Positions 60,401 to 64,000 of a DNA stretch of 64,000 bases are shown piece by piece (the first letter of the stretch is position 1; each line of letters opens with the position of its first letter). A model generated the notes under the pieces. The model saw nothing but the letters and a program-made list of their open reading frames with translations. It did not search any database and was not told where the DNA came from. The position numbers and the translations under genes were made by a program. Location of the stretch: the IMG/VR virus record IMGVR_UViG_3300020470_001313, positions 32,001 through 96,000 of that record. One strand, given 5' to 3'. This DNA is from a virus.

Positions 60401-60904
60401 TGGATTATCTTCAATAGGAACATCTTTACCACCACGATATACTATCGTATGTGAATAATCTTGAGCAAATATATTATTGTTATTAAATGTACTAGGAAAT
60501 ACTCCTGTTCTAGCAGGGTCTGGAAGATTGTTTGATACAAGTGTTAACCTGTCTCCAGCAAATGCTCCAGTAGTAATAGATGCTGTGGTACTACTTAAAA
60601 TACTTCTAATATCAAAAGAATCATTAGTTAAGTTATCATCCTGCTTGGCTGATATAACAACACGAAGAGGGTCATAACCTTTACCACCATCTAATACTCT
60701 TACATGAACAATTTTACCTGCTTCTATTATTGGATATAATATTGCTTCAACCTCTGGTGTGCCACAATTAGTCACATCCAACTTAGGAGGATCGGTAGCA
60801 ACATAGTCTTTACCACCGTCTTTAACGACAACAGCATCTACACCAAAGTCTTTATTAAAGATTGGTGTAATAACTGCTCCAGATCCAGGTATTGTTCTCG
60901 TCAT
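57467..60904 (-). CDS. Virion protein with degenerate YHYH domain, inserted cupredoxin-like domain and G.GY..P repeats
   Basis: HSKILGISYDGYPIYGP, LDEHNGRY, HYFCYMHPNMG. Confidence 0.85.
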   Translation of the reverse strand: MTRTIPGSGAVITPIFNKDFGVDAVVVKDGGKDYVATDPPKLDVTNCGTPEVEAILYPIIEAGKIVHVRVLDGGKGYDPLRVVISAKQDDNLTNDSFDIRSILSSTTASITTGAFAGDRLTLVSNNLPDPARTGVFPSTFNNNNIFAQDYSHTIVYRGGKDVPIEDNPNRLPEQVGLLANGSPLISPDAGSDGTPPVGFNFDQIKINYRDHDAYHGYPNSSHLYLFQDAKVVDSFSASNSLFTIKTYYSESNFGGDKSRHANGHSKILGISYDGYPIYGPFGYTTPLDDQSAIKRIDTGYRLKTGVEIDGNRVGINTPTNTTYTVTAANGKFLLNGVEAPIELINRGDTVTFNLDDSSNDDHTLLLTDFAGEEGKQGWHADSQTLYDQDVLYERGVTYYINGNAVTYAQYVSNYNSATTRKLVITVPWFAPANLHYFCYMHPNMGNKTNILNYPAGTFIQDYIWDATEGDLDEHNGRYCVTPEYPNGTYAYFMTTASDSTPEYPYAIGNTYYGGVVRKGEDPPVQAAEVPSGARAEVVLSETNAGQVEYVRMIAGGDGYFGEARADILGGEGTGAAATPVTQSISGLSLDNPGSGYITPPTLFFQGGGGQDAEGVANIDYSGIITNIAVTNPGRFYQEPPYVYIQGGGGVGARATARIEQGEVVGIDVTDPGRGYTSAPNIIFTKLVNVKRKVRNRQSFNAASFFITGLQKSLDTNDDEVVVHNTDAYPGSGKFMIGKEIIEYTSKNEKKFLGCTRGTNFRYDQRVIVDGIQNVDGVSTYEFNVGDRLVRRVESASNKIAKVYDWNPVSRELLIVFEVDELAFIDAGIPSTSDRTVAFDGGTPNASSNTQLPHVIVDSIGDQIVVYQLILTDKKFEDDDEASGAGDGIPDVVNTGTDYADQINLDGGIHSSLYGIEETVGGQNTTIFAIGDQVKDASIPFKYSTVESAGALRDGVEHTARIRVKLASTDTNSVAFVVGETVTGQSSNIQATVESWEQATRTLVLINPLPYFTNNLNLGTNGYFYEFSDDSTVTEVRVLEPGLDYTATPTVVIENSGEIQAQAVVNMTSDGDQVGSLTVTNGGYGYKKVVTAGTLHPTVTFTNAGIDTTGSGAVAEVILGGEKLVGAGGASWRIKSISYDTSIRND

Positions 60905-60907
60905 TTA

Positions 60908-62092
60908 TTAAGTTACGATTACGATTTGGTTGCCCATATTGGGATGCATGGTACACTGATAATATAATGTTGCTGGTGCATCCATAGGTACTACGAATGT
61001 AGTTGTACCAGAACCATCATTAGTCACTCCAGCAGTATAAGCATTACCACCATTTGATTGTCTTATTTCAAATGGATGAACAACATACTGAGAATCATTC
61101 TTAAATCTGTAAACTTGTCCTCTCGTCAAATAAAGAATAGGATCATTAGTAGCACTTACAAATCCTGAACCAGTAAATGTATAGTGAGAGTTAGTTCCAT
61201 CTTCACCTAAAGTCCATGTTATTGTTGGACCTGAAACTGGAATCCAGTCAAATCCATCATACATCAACATGTCTCCTTCAGATACACCTGTACCTGAATA
61301 TGAGAATCCACCAGAACCAGTATAGTTAATGGTTAAGGTGTCACCAGTAATACTGGTTGTTATAGATGTACCACCAGTAACAGTTAATGTATCAGTTGCT
61401 CCAAGAGCAGTTGTTGTACCAGTGTCAGCATTGATTGTAGCAAATATATTTCCACCACCAGCCCCGCCACCAGTTCCAGGTCTAAACTCACCGTTTGCTG
61501 CATTCCAGGTAGGAACTTCCCCGTCTGCATAGGTTGTACTTTGAACATTACCAATACTCTGTAATGTTGAAGTTGTGGTATCTAATATCTCACGCCATCC
61601 AGCAGATGCAGAATAATATGCTTTTGCTACGTCATTAACGTATGCAAACATTCCAGTATATGTTCCATGAGGAGGAAGATTAGCAGAAGCAACATAAGGA
61701 GCATTCCACTTTAAAAATCCATCAGCACCATCAATAATAGTATCGGTAGCATTAGTACCATTTCTTAAAGCAATATCTCCAGTACCATCAGACTGTATTA
61801 GAATATTACCATTATTAGATGATACAATGTTATATCCATTAACGTTTAAATTCTGTTCTAAAATTGCCTTATTAGTACCTTGCCCTGGAGCAAAAGCAGT
61901 ACCATTCCAAGTCAAAGAATCTCCTAAGTTAGGAGATGCAGTACTTACTAGAAGGTTGGTTGCACCAGAAGATCCACCTAATGAATCGTAGAGTTCAGTG
62001 AAATTATCATTGACTTTCGTACCACCAGCACGTAGTGAATCACCAGTGCCATCATTAGCGGTAGTACCAAGTGCTAGTAGTTGTTTTGCCAT
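60908..62092 (-). CDS. gp9/gp10-like baseplate connector with C-terminal cupredoxin-like domain
   Basis: MAKQ...GTTANDGTGDSLR.GG.KVNDNF.ELY; HPF...LYYQCTMHPNMG. Confidence 0.85.
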   Translation of the reverse strand: MAKQLLALGTTANDGTGDSLRAGGTKVNDNFTELYDSLGGSSGATNLLVSTASPNLGDSLTWNGTAFAPGQGTNKAILEQNLNVNGYNIVSSNNGNILIQSDGTGDIALRNGTNATDTIIDGADGFLKWNAPYVASANLPPHGTYTGMFAYVNDVAKAYYSASAGWREILDTTTSTLQSIGNVQSTTYADGEVPTWNAANGEFRPGTGGGAGGGNIFATINADTGTTTALGATDTLTVTGGTSITTSITGDTLTINYTGSGGFSYSGTGVSEGDMLMYDGFDWIPVSGPTITWTLGEDGTNSHYTFTGSGFVSATNDPILYLTRGQVYRFKNDSQYVVHPFEIRQSNGGNAYTAGVTNDGSGTTTFVVPMDAPATLYYQCTMHPNMGNQIVIVT

Positions 62093-62112
62093 TAGACTAA
62101 GTTTTTAAGTAT

Positions 62113-62967
62113 TTATGAAGGTCTCTGTTCTTTAGTACTAGGACCAAAGATATATGGGTATACTGGCTTGTTATCCTCATCTAATGTGAGATAATAAGCA
62201 AATGTACCACTAGGAAATTCAGGAGTAACTGCGTATCTACCATTATAAACGTCCAAGTCTCCTAAACCGTTAACGTATTCATAATCTTGAATAAAAGTTC
62301 CAGCATTATATTGACTGTAACTATATGTTCTATTCGCAGGTGGAGTAGTCAATACTCTATATGAACTAGTGAGTCTTTTAGTTCCTTGTGAATTATCAGT
62401 TGAAACTTTATACCCAAATGGTCCATATATGGGATACCCATCAAAACATATACCAACGATCTTTGAATGACCATCAGGATGTCTAAAGAAGTTACCTTCA
62501 TAGTTAGAGTTTGAGAAGTATCCATTAGATTGAATTACTCCATTTGCCCAACAGTTAGTGAGAAAACTTCCTGAATGATAATGGTATGATCCATTCTGCT
62601 CTGGGTGCCCCCCACAAGGGTCTACACCGTACGCTGCTTCATTATATACTGCATTCCATTGAAAATTATCAGGTAGAGGATTAGTATCCCCAGGTAGAGG
62701 ACCACCAGCCGCAGAGGGGTTGGTAATCAAAACACCATTAAGTGCAATACCTATACCACCAAGACCAGTTGCTTGAGGGTTAGAAGTATTAGTTCCACCT
62801 CTATATGTAATATCAAAACTATAAGTCTGAGCAGAGATATTATTAGGATTATTGGGGAAATTCCCAGAACCTAAAGGATCTCCAGCTAGAGCAGGATCGG
62901 GAAGACCATTACTTGTTACAGTAAGAGTATTCCCATCAATAGTAGCAGTAGTATTTGAAGCTGGCAT
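62113..62967 (-). CDS. YHYH-domain protein
   Basis: GIALNGV, DPCGGHP...SYHYH, DGYPIYGP, LDVYNGRY; ATAAATA upstream. Confidence 0.88.
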   Translation of the reverse strand: MPASNTTATIDGNTLTVTSNGLPDPALAGDPLGSGNFPNNPNNISAQTYSFDITYRGGTNTSNPQATGLGGIGIALNGVLITNPSAAGGPLPGDTNPLPDNFQWNAVYNEAAYGVDPCGGHPEQNGSYHYHSGSFLTNCWANGVIQSNGYFSNSNYEGNFFRHPDGHSKIVGICFDGYPIYGPFGYKVSTDNSQGTKRLTSSYRVLTTPPANRTYSYSQYNAGTFIQDYEYVNGLGDLDVYNGRYAVTPEFPSGTFAYYLTLDEDNKPVYPYIFGPSTKEQRPS

Positions 62968-62987
62968 TGTTCAGAACTTTTTAATAT

Positions 62988-64000
62988 TTATGGTGTACTT
63001 GACCATATGCTTGTTACAGCGAAGACTCCAAGTGTAGTACCTGTACCCGCTGGAGATGATCCTTGTCCAGGAATGTCTCCACTGTCCACATTAGCAAGAT
63101 TTTCAGGTGTTACATTAATAACATCACTATCAACAATCTCTTCTTTATAAAGAGCTTCTTCACCGTATGCACTTAAATCTGGAGCAGTCCAATCATCAGC
63201 AACCACTTGCGTGATAGTAACACCAGGATAATTGTAACCAGAACCAGGGGCGGTTGTATCTACACGAGAAACACCAACCAGTGCCTTAACTGCGCCATCA
63301 AAACCAGATGCACTGTCAACACGGATAACTGGACGTGCGCTAAATCCAGATCCAGGATTGGTTACCTGAACAGAATCAATTCTATTTTTAACGATAGTAG
63401 CATTACCTTGAGCATCACGACCAAATACAGATCCGATATACTCAAATGTTACTAGTGTGTTAGAAGATTCAATAACAGCAACTTCTCTATCCTCAGTTTC
63501 ACCTTGGATGTCTAGAAGGTCACCTGCCTCAATTGGAGGAACAACCTCAGACTGCGTAACGTCAGCGTCAGAACCAATATACGCGAAACCAACAAATGTA
63601 GATCCTACACGAGGAGTTTCTTTGAAGACGACACGAGAACCAACAAGTTCAAAACCGATTCCAGGTTGCTGAATAACACCGTTAAGTGATATAATGATGT
63701 TGTTGTCTGCGATAATAGACTCAGTTGCCTGTACACCTTCAGTAAGTGCGATAGAGTAGAATGTACCATCACGCTTGAGGTTGAAGGATGATCTCAATGA
63801 GTCAAACTCAAATGATATATCATCCAACTGTCTCATCTTACCTACGTAGAAACCAGTGAAGGAAGATCCAATAGTAGGTGCTTCGTTAAACTGTATGATA
63901 TCAGAGAATGCTGTGTATGAACCAGCTGCGCCTGGAGGTTGTAGAATACCATTCACAAAGATCATCATATGACCTTCAGGATCTGGGAAGTATGGAGTAC
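62988..64000 (-). CDS. gp7: C-terminus of large baseplate wedge initiator (5' truncated)
   Basis: IFVNGILQPP, LDDISFEFD, ISLNGVIQ.P, IEAGD.L.IQGE; synteny upstream of gp8. Confidence 0.75.
   Translation of the reverse strand, partial: TPYFPDPEGHMMIFVNGILQPPGAAGSYTAFSDIIQFNEAPTIGSSFTGFYVGKMRQLDDISFEFDSLRSSFNLKRDGTFYSIALTEGVQATESIIADNNIIISLNGVIQQPGIGFELVGSRVVFKETPRVGSTFVGFAYIGSDADVTQSEVVPPIEAGDLLDIQGETEDREVAVIESSNTLVTFEYIGSVFGRDAQGNATIVKNRIDSVQVTNPGSGFSARPVIRVDSASGFDGAVKALVGVSRVDTTAPGSGYNYPGVTITQVVADDWTAPDLSAYGEEALYKEEIVDSDVINVTPENLANVDSGDIPGQGSSPAGTGTTLGVFAVTSIWSSTP

Overview
A 64 kb, AT-rich segment of a T4-like cyanomyovirus; the auxiliary gene content points to a Prochlorococcus/Synechococcus host. 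Almost all genes are on the minus strand. In transcription order they are: the baseplate/fibre block (gp7 C-terminus, two YHYH proteins, a gp9/10-like protein, gp8, a DUF4815/VrlC-like protein, a 2452-aa fibre); neck genes gp13-15 and gp16; an accessory island (petE, petF, SNase-like nuclease, 2OG oxygenase); gp17-gp23; an inserted NodU-type carbamoyltransferase; gp3, uvsY, uvsW, gp55, gp47, gp46; a vWA/metallopeptidase plus CobS/MoxR pair; gp45, gp44, dam, gp62, regA; then pebS-pcyA-purM, converging on a plus-strand cluster of signal-peptide proteins. I saw no tRNA, CRISPR array, intron, intein or homing endonuclease. The most notable observations are: (1) candidate hidden membrane-protein genes overlapping core genes (three +1-frame ORFs in the fibre gene, an antisense ORF in uvsW downstream of a back-to-back sigma70 promoter, one ORF in cobS), each coinciding with a local synonymous-codon anomaly; (2) a nested 8+8 'Russian doll' repeat architecture at the fibre C-terminus, with Asp/His covariation; (3) cupredoxin-type and YHYH metal sites in three adjacent baseplate genes; (4) tandem pebS and pcyA. 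All annotation is by motif recognition and synteny without database searches, and codon counts are approximate hand counts.
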